The notes: generated by a model not told the origin, from the sequence alone. Shown: positions 11,795-25,596, numbered from the whole stretch's first letter. The stretch is 61,782 nucleotides of DNA, filler included, from Platydemus manokwari (GCA_037951405.1; 5 parts of 5 records of this genome joined end to end with filler, not necessarily neighbours in it), one strand, 5' to 3'. Numbers and translations are program-made.

Positions 11795-13816
11795 ATTAAT
11801 TAGTCGTGAATTTTTTTTTGAGAAAATTAGAAAAATTGAAAAATAAAATATTTTAAAATATATATATTTTTGAAAAAACACATAATTTATTATCAAATTA
11901 TCAAGGTATGTATTTTATTATAATAGAAGTGTTGTTTGTGAATAACACGGGAAATCTATGAATTCACAATGTTGAAAATGATACTAATCTTTTGAATTAT
12001 AATAATTATAATATTTATATAAAATAATAATTAAAATATGTTAAGATAGTTTTAGCAATAAATATAAATATATTTTTAAATCATCATAATTATTCAAAGC
12101 GAAAGTGAATTTCATTAACACTGATTTGTACAAATATTTTTTAACTTAATTAAAAATAATTTTCTTATAATAACTTAATAATAATAATCCCATAATACTG
12201 AATATACACACACATATATATATATATCTTCCATTTTGATATAGATTATTATAATTCCAATTCCTCACATAAATTTCGTATCAATATTTTCATAATTGTT
12301 GTTTTACAATTGTCAGTGAGTAGAATTATTATTATAAATAGAAAAATATACAGAAATAATATACAGAAAATGAAAAAATATTAAATAACAAAAACATATG
12401 AAAGATATCAAGCAAAACATGACATCCACATTTCGTTTTTAGTCATTCTCTTTAATCGAAATTAATTTTCTTTATAAATAACATCACCTCAGTATTCATC
12501 TAGTCAGCTGTAGTCAAACCGCTGTGTTGATAGAATGTGTTTACTAAAGACTGGCATCATTATTTTTAGGTAATTGCTTTCGGCACGATTGCTGGTACCA
12601 TCACAAGGCGACACGAATTATCAATCTTGATCATCATTTTCAATATATTATATTATTATAATTGTAGTTGTCGCCAGTGAAACTTTTCGTTAAATGATGA
12701 TGAAATTCTTTCTTTTAAAGATTTTTTCAATCTTCACGAAATAATTGAAATTCGACTTTCTTCTTATTGCAGCTAATGAAAAATGTTTTACTCGTCATAT
12801 TATTTCGAATATTTAAAATCAGTCATTAAAATTATCAAGATGCGCTGAGCCAAGCGGTAACCATTTTAGCATAGAAATATATTCTTACAAAATGTTATTT
12901 ATTTCATTTATATTTACTTGTAATTTAACGGTTCAACAAAGTTGATATTCTTCTACTATTGAAGGAAAGTCATTCAAATTCTTCTATAACATTTTGATAT
13001 TAAATTATCAATGGTAATAATAATGCTTCATATTATCATTAATAAATTTATTATTTCCATTAACATATCATTTCTCGATCAATCATGAAATTCATCTTAC
13101 TTGAATTACTTGCTCACATGTTTCATGCCTTGTTTGATGTGCAAATAATTCTAGTTTTTAATCCAGATTCACAAGTTTAAGATATTAAAGAACGATACAG
13201 TGCTTGATTATAAGTTCTAAATTTACTATAATTGTTTTCGAAAGATTCTCTTGAAATTGGCAAAATTATTTCATTTTGTTTAAAATCTAAAAATGATTAA
13301 CTCCGAAATGTTTTATAACTAAGTTTATTCCAAACATCTTCAACATTTGATATTATTTTTTTGTTATTCCACTTTATTTTTATATAGAATTCAATGATTT
13401 ATTTGAAGAAAGAAAGGTTTTATTGAATGATTCGAAATATTTGATATAAAAATATGAATAAATTGCTTTTGCTTTCATTGTGGTATAGTTTCCGGAATTT
13501 TTTTTAATTCTATAAAATCTTCTTCTTTCATAGATTTACTTATATTTTATAGAGTTTTGAAGTAATCTTAATGAATCAATAAATCAATATTTATTTTCTC
13601 CAATTACAATTCATTAAAACTTTAAATATCACAATTTTAAAAAAAAATTGTCCATCTTTGACCTCTCAATTATCTATTTAAAATCTCTATTTAATCTCTA
13701 CTCAATATCCTTTATACAACATCCATTCTATTCCATTCTTATATCTGTTCTACATATTTCTTCTCCACCTCCTTGCAATTAGAAAAAGTGAACTTTAACG
13801 AGTAGTCACAATGTAA

Positions 13817-14330
13817 TCCGAATTTTCGAAAATCTTTATTTTATTTTTATCCATTTCAAAAAATCCAGATGTTTATGAATTTGTAAAGAAAATATCACAA
13901 CAAGCAATGTACTTGAAAAATAAATTGAAAGACATAATATTATTATTTGACGAAATCTTCAAACAAAATAAAATAAAAATTATGAAAATATTTTAGTATG
14001 GAAATTGTTGTTACCATTCAAAGCAAAAGTGATTTTCTTTAAGACCAATCTGATATTAACATTTTGAAAGAATTTTTTACAAATAATAATTGTGATTTAC
14101 CAACATGGCGATCCTTAGCTGACTTGAACCAGAAAATTACAGGCAAGGATAAAAAATCAAACAGGTTATTAAAAACTGTAATCCATAATCCTGTATTTGC
14201 AAAACAACTAAATCTGTGGACTTTGGTATGTAGAGAAAAAATGGAAATACTTAGAATAAATTCTATATTTGAGATTAAGTTTATGAATTTTCAGAATTTC
14301 TTCAAGTTTAAGAAGAGAACAAGTTTTTAG
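13817..14330 (+). pseudogene. Possible spliced gene fragment with a premature stop, family unknown
   Basis: Phase-compatible GT-AG introns at 13909-13996 and 14226-14294 join SEFSKIFILFLSISKNPDVYEFVKKISQQAI-MEIVVTIQSKSDFL*DQSDINILKEFF...AKQLNLWTL-NFFKFKKRTSF*. In-frame TAA at 14040-14042. Confidence 0.3.
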
Positions 14331-15095
14331 TGAAAATGCAAACGCAAAGACTTTTTAATTTAACATGAATTTCTGAATGAAAATTATAATTATTATTTTT
14401 ATTTTTTACAATACTTATTTATTTTAATTAACTTAGCCTGTAGACCATAGCTTATATTCATTAATAACATAAACCGTCTACTAAAATTATTTATTATAGA
14501 TACATGATATCCTATCATTGATCGATTACAAAATAATAAAGACCATAACAATAAATTGCAATTTCTTCTTTAAAATGATAACCTGGTACTTAATTTGTTT
14601 GTCAGATTTATTTACTCATATCAGTTATTCGTGTCAATGTCTTACGATATAAGTTTAGGTGTGCTTATAAAATATGAAAATAAAAGTAAAATACAATTGC
14701 AGAATAAGCTAGCAGAAAATAAAATATTCACATTGTTTATCAATAATTAGAACATTATAAATTAAATTAAGAGTGTGCTTATTTATTTAAGCTGAAAAGT
14801 ATAATTCTATATAAATGAAAACAAAGCCATTATCGATCGTACAATCTTGAATATCATTGATAGATGAATAACAAGTATTAAAACATCAAGAGTAAATAAT
14901 ATCAACAATATTTATCATGATTAATGAACTCAATCAATATCAAATAAGCAAAATAATAAATTAATGATTTTATCAAATAAAATAATAAGTAATGTGTTTG
15001 AGATATAAGATATGAAATGACTTTAATGATATCACATGAATGTTAAGATCAGATAATCAATAAAATAGTTCATTGGCATTCTTTCATGATTTCAT

Positions 15096-15840
15096 TTATA
15101 GTTTCACAAAATGATATCCTTGCCAGTTTTGATTTGACTTTTTCCAACTCGCCGGTAGAGTACTTTTCGTGTACTTGACTAATACGCATTTGCCACTGGT
15201 ATCACTATAAAAGATCGATTTGCAAAAACGTTCACCAATACATCTACAAACATCAATCAATCAATAAATGAATTTATCAAATATTTTACAATGATCCACA
15301 GTGTAGTTTGCTTTTCGAAGAAACAGTTTTGTAACAACCGGCCTGATTACCTTCGTTGTATATATTTACGTTGTTTCTTACAAGAATCATGAAATCAATT
15401 GTCGTGACATTGGTTTTTACACAAACTGTTGAAAATTTAGCTAAACAACTGATATCCCTCAGTCTGTGTTTACCAAACGCCGTACAATCTTGTGAGTTAT
15501 TACCATCTGGTTCATTTGGTGGCCATATCCATTTATGGTTTGTAGAGGATCCATCAATATTCAACCATTGTGTTTTATTTCCATATCTTTCATTTAACAG
15601 ATCCGTCACACCTGTAATAAAGTATTGTTTAATCGGAATACATTGCCATACCATTTTAAATTCTGTGTCCAATGTTAATCTCCCTCCAAGATCGCGACAT
15701 GTTTCCGATGCATCACAAAACGTTTGTTTCAATTTTATTTCTTGATAAAAATATATTGATCCACATTGCGTGTAATTGATTGGCCTTATTGACAGAGTTG
15801 ATTTCCAATGATAATATAAGAGGATAAGAAGATATATCAT
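15096..15840 (-). CDS. Secreted C-type lectin domain plus C-terminal PAN/apple-like domain protein, 232 aa, join(15290..15840,15096..15243)
   Basis: Signal peptide MIYLLILLYYHWKSTLS. CTLD hallmarks TFCDASETCRDLGGRL, FITGVTD, WPPNEPDG..QDC, LRDISC....VC. A 46-nt GT-AG intron at 15244-15289 continues the frame into SKLHCGSLCIGERFCKSIFYSDTSGKCVL (PAN/apple CxxxC-x5-C...C pattern); stop at 15096-15098. Confidence 0.88.
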
Positions 15841-18688
15841 TTTAATAATGAAAGAAATATTCCATTTTAATCAATTATGTACAAATTTCATTCAAACATT
15901 GGAAAGTGGAAAAGAAAACAAACATTTTTCTCGCCTCAATTAACCAATAATATTATCGTTCATATATAAAATTATCGAAAAATTGACGTGAATATTTTTA
16001 AATAGGTAAAGCAAAATTTAATTCTGAGATATTTAGGTTCTTTATAATTTCCTAATATCACTCTCATGAATAAAATGAAATATTAAATATAAATAAATAT
16101 AAAAATAAATATAATTATTTCATATATGTGAGTTAATAGTTGAAAATGTTAAATAAGGTCATAAAAAAAGTACTAAAATAAGTTATAAAATTATAATTTT
16201 TAAAATAATAATAAACTTGATAAAATAAAACAGTTCTGAAAATAAATATTAAAATAAACGGTAATTAAAATATTAATTTACAATTTTCAAAAATAAATTA
16301 TAAAATTTTCATATAAATGATATACCGGAAATGCATTACTAGTTCATCTATTTGTTAAGGCTTGGTATAGTTTATATTTCTCTGGTACATCTGAACAGCA
16401 TGTTTATTGATATTTGTCTTTGCCAAGATATCTATTATCAATGATTGATGCTATTAAAGATATCAAGATTCATCATCAATGATAATCAGTTATTTTATTA
16501 TAAGGATATGTTATCCATTCAGGATGCAGTTGGGTGCTTCATATTTTTTTTCAATTTATTATTTTAAACAAATGCTGAAGAGAATCGCAAAATAAGGAGT
16601 CGAGTATGTTTCAAACTTTTTCATTGAATTCTAAAATGTATTTCTTGTGTCATATAAGCGTCTTATTAAAGTTAAATTCAAGCTCAGAACGAAAATATGT
16701 GTTGCAAATTATAAGTATTATTCAGAAATGTGATTTTATAATGAAGAACATTTTCTTACATAAAATAGTTTTTGAAATCAACTTCAATTTATAATTTTCC
16801 ATTTATGTAAGATATGTATGGCCTTACTACTTACTATAGCGCACCAAAACAAGTTTCAATACATTTTTAACACAATATATTTATTAGTAATATTTGGTGT
16901 ACAAATTCCTCGAATATTACTTTTCACAATTTTAGTAATAATGAAGAATAATCTGATTCTGTTTCTCGAACAATTTAATATTCCTATAATTCAATAATTC
17001 AATAAATTTCTTTCCCCTTGATTTTCTGGAAATGAATTTAACAGTTTCCTTTTTTTATTTGAACGACAATTGACTAGTGACTGCCTACACTTTTATACTA
17101 AATTATATTAGTATCATTTATAGCAAAATTCTCTTCTCTTGTCTTGAAAATCACAGTTATTTTCTGATTTTATTCAATAAATACCTAATAAGAGAATTAT
17201 TTACTATTTTTAAATTTTGATTTAAATAATCAACCGAATATTTTTAAATAAATATTTTATATTATTTAATTAATTATTATTTTCACTTGATTATTGCTTT
17301 GGTAAACATAATTTTATACTACTTTAATTTAATTTAAAAGTAGATAAGTTTAATTGATTGAGGAAGTTTGTATTTTTATTTTTAGTTTAAAGTTGAATTA
17401 TAATAAAAGCTGGAACTATTTTAAAGAAAGATAATCATTTAACAGAGTAAATATGTACTTCCCTTTATTAGGAAGCATTTTTTGTAACTAATAGTAACGG
17501 TATTTATCTAGAGGATTTAAGGAACGCAGGAATTTCGTCTTAACAATTTGCAACCTTTAAATATTTCAAAGATCTTAAAGATGTAAAAAGCAGAATGAAT
17601 CTATATAATTCTATGATTGAAAGTAAATCTAGTACATCTGGAACAGCATTAAATCATCAGCTAAATTTGTTACCACTGACGAATCCAATAAAATTATTTT
17701 ATGAATTAAAAAATTGTTATCGGCTAAAATAGGTGGACATAATAAGGTTTACAATTCTTTAAATGGTATTATAATAAAATAATATAAATTAAGATATATA
17801 AATAAAGAAAGAAAAAATAAGACACTCACAAAATATTTTTAATAGCATTACATACATACTCAGAAAGTCTTTTTGAGAAAACGAAGTTCATCATTAAAAT
17901 GTATTTTTATCTTAATATTTTAAAAAAAATGGAGAGAAAATTAGACGGAAATACCAAATTTAAACATGAAATTAAGAAAACAAGATTTACATATCATTAT
18001 GCCATCAGCGAAAACAGCAACCAATTTGAATCAATGCCGAGATTTTATTTATTTTATTTTTCAATTCTAACAAACTTCCTATTTGGTAGGTATTTGTATT
18101 AGATCAATCTAATGAATGAACTGGTGAATTAACATCATGAATCCCAGATAAAAATAATGAAGATCCGGATTAAAACTTTAAAGAATTTTGAAGAAAAGCC
18201 CTTTATATTTTAACAAACAGTTTCCCAGGACGATTTCTATTGAAACACATATTTTGAGTTTCAGAGATCAATAGTAGACCATTATTTGATGATGATAAAA
18301 TTAACTTTAGACAGATGATAAGAATATATTTTTGGAAAAAAAGGGAAGGAAAATTAACTATTAAGTAATTAGAACTTTGTATGCCCGAATTAATTTTTAA
18401 TCTAGAGAATGAACTTGAATTATTTAAAAGATTACCAATCAATAAATTAATTAAATTTAATTATTTAAATAGACTTTCGAAACACATTAATATCCTGAGT
18501 CACAAACTGTCACGTGGTAAGTAGTCTTATTAAAAAATAGACCAAGATATATTATCTTGAAATTAGCTATACAATTAATAATTCAAAATTCATTCAAAAT
18601 ATTGGAAACGTTAAATATATAAAATAATTACAAGTTAGATTAAATAACCATAATTATCCAATCAATAAAATGCAATTTGATATCACAA

Positions 18689-18765
18689 CAAATAATCAAG
18701 ATACGTCTTATTAAGCATATCTTAATATGTTATATTTTCAGAATTTATACTCAATATTTTGTTTC
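18689..18765 (+). repeat. 77-nt contig-terminal direct repeat, copy 2
   Basis: Last 77 nt of the contig, identical to 9652-9728. Confidence 0.95.
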
Positions 18766-18865
18766 NNNNNNNNNNNNNNNNNNNNNNNNNNNNNNNNNNN
18801 NNNNNNNNNTTAATTAATTAANNNNNNNNNNNNNNNNNNNNNNNNNNNNNNNNNNNNNNNNNNNN
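18766..18865. other. Artificial contig linker
   Basis: N44-TTAATTAATTAA-N44. Confidence 0.97.
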
Positions 18866-18937
18866 AATATTTTCTTATGAGTTATGCTTCTTCAAATATG
18901 TGCATGAAAATCGGACATTTCATATGGGACAACCTAA
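18866..18937. mobile_element. Mariner element end (TIR) at a contig start
   Basis: AAAATCGGACATTTCATATGGGACAACCTAA followed by TA at 18938-18939. The ...CAACCTAA-TA ending is typical of cecropia/Hsmar1-like mariners. Confidence 0.75.
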
Positions 18938-21900
18938 TATATCTAGTATACTCTTGCTATCGAATTTTAGGAGACTTTACTATTGGATAAATGTATTCCG
19001 GTACAGTTTTTGACTAAATATTCAATATTGAATATTCCAGAAATATATTAAAATTATTTGTATATAACAACTAGTCTTCAATTATTCTATGTTGTCGTTA
19101 TGGCATTGATACTTCTACGCAAGGGTGTAAGTTCGCGCTGATTTATTTAAAGTTGATCAACGATAATGCATTCACCGATTTCATAGATTTAGAAACTATT
19201 TACTCAACTGAGAAATAAACAAACATGCAATTATTTATCATTGAAACCGGAATATTGGCATACTAATCTATTATCTCATGCTGATTCACATTTTTTAACA
19301 AAAATCGTGAAAGACAACATGTAGAAATGACAAATGCTAGTGATATATTTAATATATTGATTTTAAAATATGTATTTCAATATGATTAAAGGACTAATCT
19401 TTAGACAATAAATTATGAACGTAAATAATAAAATTTAATATTCCAACCATCTCACACGGTTCTCAATTAGATTTTTGCACATAGATTATCATCTTGAAAT
19501 ATACCATTATTTTATTAAATTTGGCTCAATAAATCTACTAGTATTTTGTAACTATGTGATTGACAGTCATGGTTACAGACTACCTTTAGAGACGTCTTTA
19601 AAATAACTACAAAGGTTGTCTTGCAGCATCAAGTTGTAAAGTTGAAAAATTGTAGTATCAAAAATTGTTTTGTCTTTTTCTATCCTTTAATTTGTACAGA
19701 AATTTCGTTGTAAATTATAATCCATTATTTCTATTTTCTGTAATTTAACATCGATTATTTTAATTCTTTTTATTTTTCATATTCCAAATAAAAATTTGTT
19801 TCTATTTTTCTGGTTGATAGTTTTAATAATTTTTTTATGGTTTTGTGTTGTTTATTTTAATTTATATTCATTTTTAAAATACAAATTTTTAAATAAAAAT
19901 ATTTTAAGTAATTTTATTACTTCAATAAATTTTTATTATTTGCATTCTGCCATATTTTATTTTATGTTATTTGGACCTATTGACTCTTCTTCTCCGTCTG
20001 ACATATCCAGTGTGCTTTTAAATTGATAAGTTACTCCTTGTCAACTATCTGTTACTTGTTCATGTACTTGAGTTTATAAGATAAAAAAGAAAACATTACA
20101 ATTTTTCACAAACTGTATTCAGTTTTGAAGCTAAACATTGGTTATTAAAAATCTTGAAAAAAACACTTAATTAATATAAAGCGGCAATATTAGATGAATA
20201 TAAAAAGAAAAAATTAAAGAGTTACAGGCAAATTTCAAATATAAGTTTCAGGATTTGAGATCTTCATTTGTACATTTTTATAAATCCATTTATTTGTGAC
20301 ATTTTTGAAAATCGATTTTTAATTTCTAAAATTGTGAAAATTAATTTATTAGAAATGAAGGAAAATTAATTATTACAAAATTTGCATAAAGTTTGTTCTA
20401 TGATTAAATTTTTGAAATTTGTGTTAAAATCAAAATATCTGTGAGACTGATTAGACTCTGATATTGCGTCTAATCAGTCTAATAATTTTTTACTTACTTG
20501 TAAAAAATCGAATTGCAGTTCTAATGTGTACTTACTTCTGTTATATGTCATTGAATGCTATATATCCTGTTGTAAGATAAAAGCATTAGATAAATATATA
20601 AGTATATAAATAGAAATAAAATATAGATTAAAATATAAAATGTGAGTGTAAATACAACGAAATACAAAATTTTGACCAAATAAAATTTTAAAAGCACGTT
20701 TTAATGGTGATCCCATATTTTTAAATCATCGTGATAACCTAAGAAATCACCATGGAGAAATATAAAATTCACAAAATTTAATTATCATGTCCACAAATGA
20801 GAAACATAGAAACAGGTAACTCCGACCAGTAAGAGCACAAAAATTTTACAATATCAATCGGTATATGTATTTATAAGCACATCAATTCAGCATTATTATT
20901 CCATGCAGCTACTGATCCTTTATTTTGCAAAGAAAATATTTCTTGCAGGATTTAAATCTAGTGATAATTGTCAACCGCGCCAATGGAATTATTCCAGTGA
21001 TTGCAAGCAGAAGCATCTAGTTATTAGTTCGTATACACTAACCAAATCTTCCTTATTTGCAATTCGAATTTCAACATAATAAACATTATCATTGATATTG
21101 TTATCAACATTTCCTCATCAATCTTCGACATGAGATTCGTTGTGGAATAATAAATAAATTAAGTACGCAAAGTCGATTGAATTTGTTAATTTCTAAAATC
21201 AAAATCTCCTTCTTTTTTCAAACTCGCAACAGATTGCCAATAGTTCTTTCGGGAAAATTGTTAATATATCCAGGACAGCACAGCTGTATCATTTTTAAAT
21301 ATGTACATTACACAATTGATAACATTTATTATAATACATTATTATCTAATTTTGGTTATTATTATTCATAGAATAATATCGCAACCTTTTTATGTTGTTC
21401 GGAACCAGATCTTGGCTGGCAGCATGAAATACCTCTTAACTTATCATATTACTTCACCGAGTAATTCATAGAAAGATTATTGCTGAATTATTCCCAGTCA
21501 TCACCAAATCCTGAATTCATCTTAAAATTCCATTTCTGTAATGACTGAAGGAGCCGATAATCTGGGAAATATAAAATCTTTAAAATCGAGTGTGTTAAGT
21601 ATGTATATTGGATTACAAATATTCTCCATATTAATCGATTTTTATCTGATCGATTTTCACACATAATTACAGGATTTACCAACGATGTCTAAAAATAAAA
21701 TGAAAAAAGTGGAACAACCAAGATGCAATGTCCAAAATAACTCTTAAATGTGCACAATCAAGTGGTACAAGCTTTAGTTAGAGCCATTAAGATAATCTAA
21801 CAATTTATAAAAAAAATATCAAATTTAGAAATTGTAACTATTTTAGCTATCAAAATTCTTGGGTCAAGATCCAGAACTTTGGCGACACATGAAATTCATA

Positions 21901-23231
21901 TTTTCCTATTAATCTAATCCAGATTTTCACTCATAAATTGGAATTTTATAATCTTTTCGTTAGTAGGCTAGGATATGATGCATACACATTTTCACAAATA
22001 CAAATGTTAATTTTTAGTTATAATATATAATTGAAAATTTTTCAAAATTGGAAAATTGAAATAAAAATAATATTTCGAATTTTCGAAATACAGAATCAAA
22101 ACTGAAATAATAAATTTGAACAAAGAAACAAACAAAAGTCTGGGAATAGATTAATATTAACAAAGGTTGTTATTAATAATTAACAAACCATTAATTAAAT
22201 AAATCAAAATAAAATCCATAATTCCACTTTTAAAAACCTCCAAAGAAACACTGCTGAAATTAAGCAAAGCAACTCTAAAATAAAAAAATAAATTTTTACA
22301 CTCATTGAATAAATAAAAACTTTTAAATCTATAATCTCTCTGCTGTTATTTTTCAAGGGATGTACTTGTCATTATAGATCACATTTTATATATTTTTCAA
22401 ATACTTTGTTTAATCGGTGCTGTTCAAATCAAATTATATAATTATTACTATTTATTTAAATATTATTTATATAATTTAATGTTTTAAGTTGAATTTAGTT
22501 TAACTCAATCTTACTGATTACAGTTTCATATTTAGGAATAAAATTAGATTTACCATTATTCAAACTAAACTTATATTGTTCATAAACAAAATTAAACAGT
22601 TGCTTAACGTGAATTTTTTCAAATTCTAAACCTCACATGAGTGATTCTTTTTTATTCTTGACACTTGATAAGTAAGAATATTTTTAGATGATTCACTATA
22701 TCTTGATATTGCAATTGCGTTTTATAATTTTTAATAATTCGTTGTGTTTGTGTCTCACTAAAATTTATACCTGAACTGCTTAATTACATCTGATAGGTCG
22801 TACATTAATATTTCTTTTTTCCTTGTTAATTATTTATGTGATCATTTAGCTCAAAACTTATATTTAAGAACCCGTCATTATTTAATGCACGGAGAACAAG
22901 ATGACCAACTATGTTATCCTAAATATTTGAGATTTTGTTTTACAGATTAAAGAAGGACGTACTCGAATCGGCTTTTATATTCCTATTTTTTCTTTTTGAT
23001 AATTTTCATTTTCTAAAAAATTTAAAGATAATCAATTTTTATTGAAAAAAATTTATCTCAAGCATATTTTTTATAAATATATGAAGATATTTTAATTGAT
23101 TATTGTTGATATTTGATATCAAATTAAATTTACGACTTTGACATTGAAAAATTTCCTATTAAATTACGGTGTTTAAATTTTTCAATATAAATGTCTCAAA
23201 TTTAAATTACTTATTTTATCTATATTTAATT

Positions 23232-24055
23232 ATGAATCTTTTGGCTTATTTCATAGCAAATATTTATCTTATCACGTTTGTATTGTCTAGTATTCCACAC
23301 TTTAGTCCTATTCAGGGCAAAATAGATGAAATTAAAAAAGTTTATGTTTCAAAATCGGACATATCGATTATTTTCTATAGTTATGACAATCTTAAAATTT
23401 TAAATAATGTAAATTGAGATGTAATTTTTGTTTTTTTAGTAGAATATTTTAATATTTAGCAAATGCCTTTGCAAATAAACATTGAATCTCCAATTAATTA
23501 TAATAATTCGATATTGGTCGTCGTGAAAAATGATAATGTTGTTGCTACATCGGTTGAGTTGTGGCATCAATTCAAGTAAGTTTCGATATCATCAATTTTT
23601 TTTACTTAATTTTATATATGTATTTATGATGTATAGTTACAGTTTAAAATAAAGAATGATATTAAAGTTGGAATGTATTTTATGATGTTTGAAATGTCGT
23701 TTTGAACATAATTTGATTAATTATTGAAATTTATTATTAAAATGATATGATTTTTGCTTATTATTGAAATTCTGATATTTATAGGTGCTAAAGCTGAAAT
23801 ATATTGATGACATATGATTAAAGCAATATTAAATTATATATTTATTGTTCGAATTAATAATAATAATTTGATTTTCATTATTATTTACAATTGTAAAATC
23901 TCATATTTTAGTCGATCAATTGTAACAGCTAATAGGACCATTTGTCCAGTGAGTGGCTCACGTAGTCACACGTTGTCCGTTGAAATTTCATCTCAATCTA
24001 ATCAACCGATTGAAGTTTCAGTCCGTGTATTTATTGTCACAGATTTTGTCGTAGA
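23232..24055 (+). CDS. sid-1-like: SID-1/SIDT-family (dsRNA/cholesterol transporter family) N-terminal extracellular domain, 3'-partial; join(23232..23408,23460..23575,23912..24055)
   Basis: Three phase-compatible exons give a signal peptide MNLLAYFIANIYLITFVLS, then ...QMPLQINIESPINYNNSILVVVKNDNVVATSVELWHQFNRSIVTANRTICPVSGSRSHTLSVEISSQSNQPIEVSVRVFIVTDFVV. This parallels vertebrate SIDT2 as I recall it (VRVSV...PLLFVVRQKEAVVSFQ...VERTLCQP...FYVDVSTLS...YQLRVSRMDDFVL). Downstream exons were not found in this contig. Confidence 0.75.
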
Positions 24056-25596
24056 GTTAGCTTTATTCGTGAGCTGATATGATTGTGATATTGTTTCATT
24101 TATATCTCGTCAAGAATGAATGAGACTCGTTCTTTATCAGTTAATAAAAACAATCCCCGATATTTTCTCTACAATTTCGAAACCAACGTCAAGAAAGTTG
24201 AAATTAAAGTAAAATCTGCCGATAATCATTGCATGATATTCTCTATACAAAATGCATGGGTAAGATTGAGATATGGATTTTGATGTTAATAATGTCATCT
24301 GTAAATAATTTAAACACGTTCTCACCAAATTTAGGAGTTTTTGTTTTAATATTGTCTTTGTTTGATAAGAGATATAAGCAAACAATTGTGGAAAAGTCAG
24401 AACTATTGACTGAAAATATCGAATAAACTAGTTCTGTGCAGATAAATAACGTGTTACCATAAATTTCAATTAAAAAATCGAGTTCATAAAATTAAAACTT
24501 TAATTTTTTATTTTTTTTAATTTATAAACTTTAATAATTTATTACCACGACAAATTGAATCGTCGATTTCGAAAATTTTGGATACCACTGATTTCAGCCA
24601 ATCAGAATCGAATAACATCATATACGGTTTTTGTTTTCAAATACTACGCGAGATTCATTGTAATGCGATCGATAATTGACATTTCTCAACATTCGTTTAA
24701 GCTTAAACGATTTGAACATACATATTTTGGACTTTTGTCGTATTTTGTGTTGATTTGGGTTTTGTTTTAACTGAAAGTGTGCTAACGGAAATCAGTAAAC
24801 ATGCAATAATGTTTCACGTGAATTCAATTCAATAAACTTGTATTTGATTTAACGATCTCGTGATTTTGTTGGAATAGAAAATGTCACCATTGAATTTGAG
24901 ATTGGAATTGTGTGGAATGTGCTGACATGAAACCAAAACACGAATCTACCAGTAAATGTTAAGTGATTGTGAAGTTCAGTGGAGTGGTTATGGGTTTGAA
25001 TCCACCAGTGAGCTAATTATTTAATCGTCGATTAGAGGCCCTATTCGATACTGATAATTAGAAAACACTACAAAACAGATCTATCAATGAACTATCTGTT
25101 GAAATCATAAATTTATCAATCGAAATGTCACCAGCATAATGATTTATAAGGATTGACATTTTTTGACTAATAAATTGTTCTTTGCTTTTTGACATGTCAG
25201 TCTTTAAGTTACATTTACAAATATATGAAAGGGCTTATCAATCGATTTTGAGATATTGTTCAGTAAGAAGTAAATGTTGTATTGACATACAAATGGATTG
25301 GAATTGCTTTGATATTTAATATTTAAATATTCTTTGTTATTTTCAGTATTAAAATATGATGTGTAAATATAATATATGATAAAGATTAATGTTTTTGGAG
25401 ATTTTTGACACATCTAATCATTATCAATAAAATGATAATTCTTCAAGAGAATTTTTTCGTCCCGGAAAAACATTCTCTTCAACAGTATCGGCCAGACTGA
25501 GTTGTAAAATCTTTTATTCTATTTAGTGTTCAAATATTAAAGATAATAGTTTTAATAGTAATTTTATGATGAATAATATTATTCTGTACAGTACAA

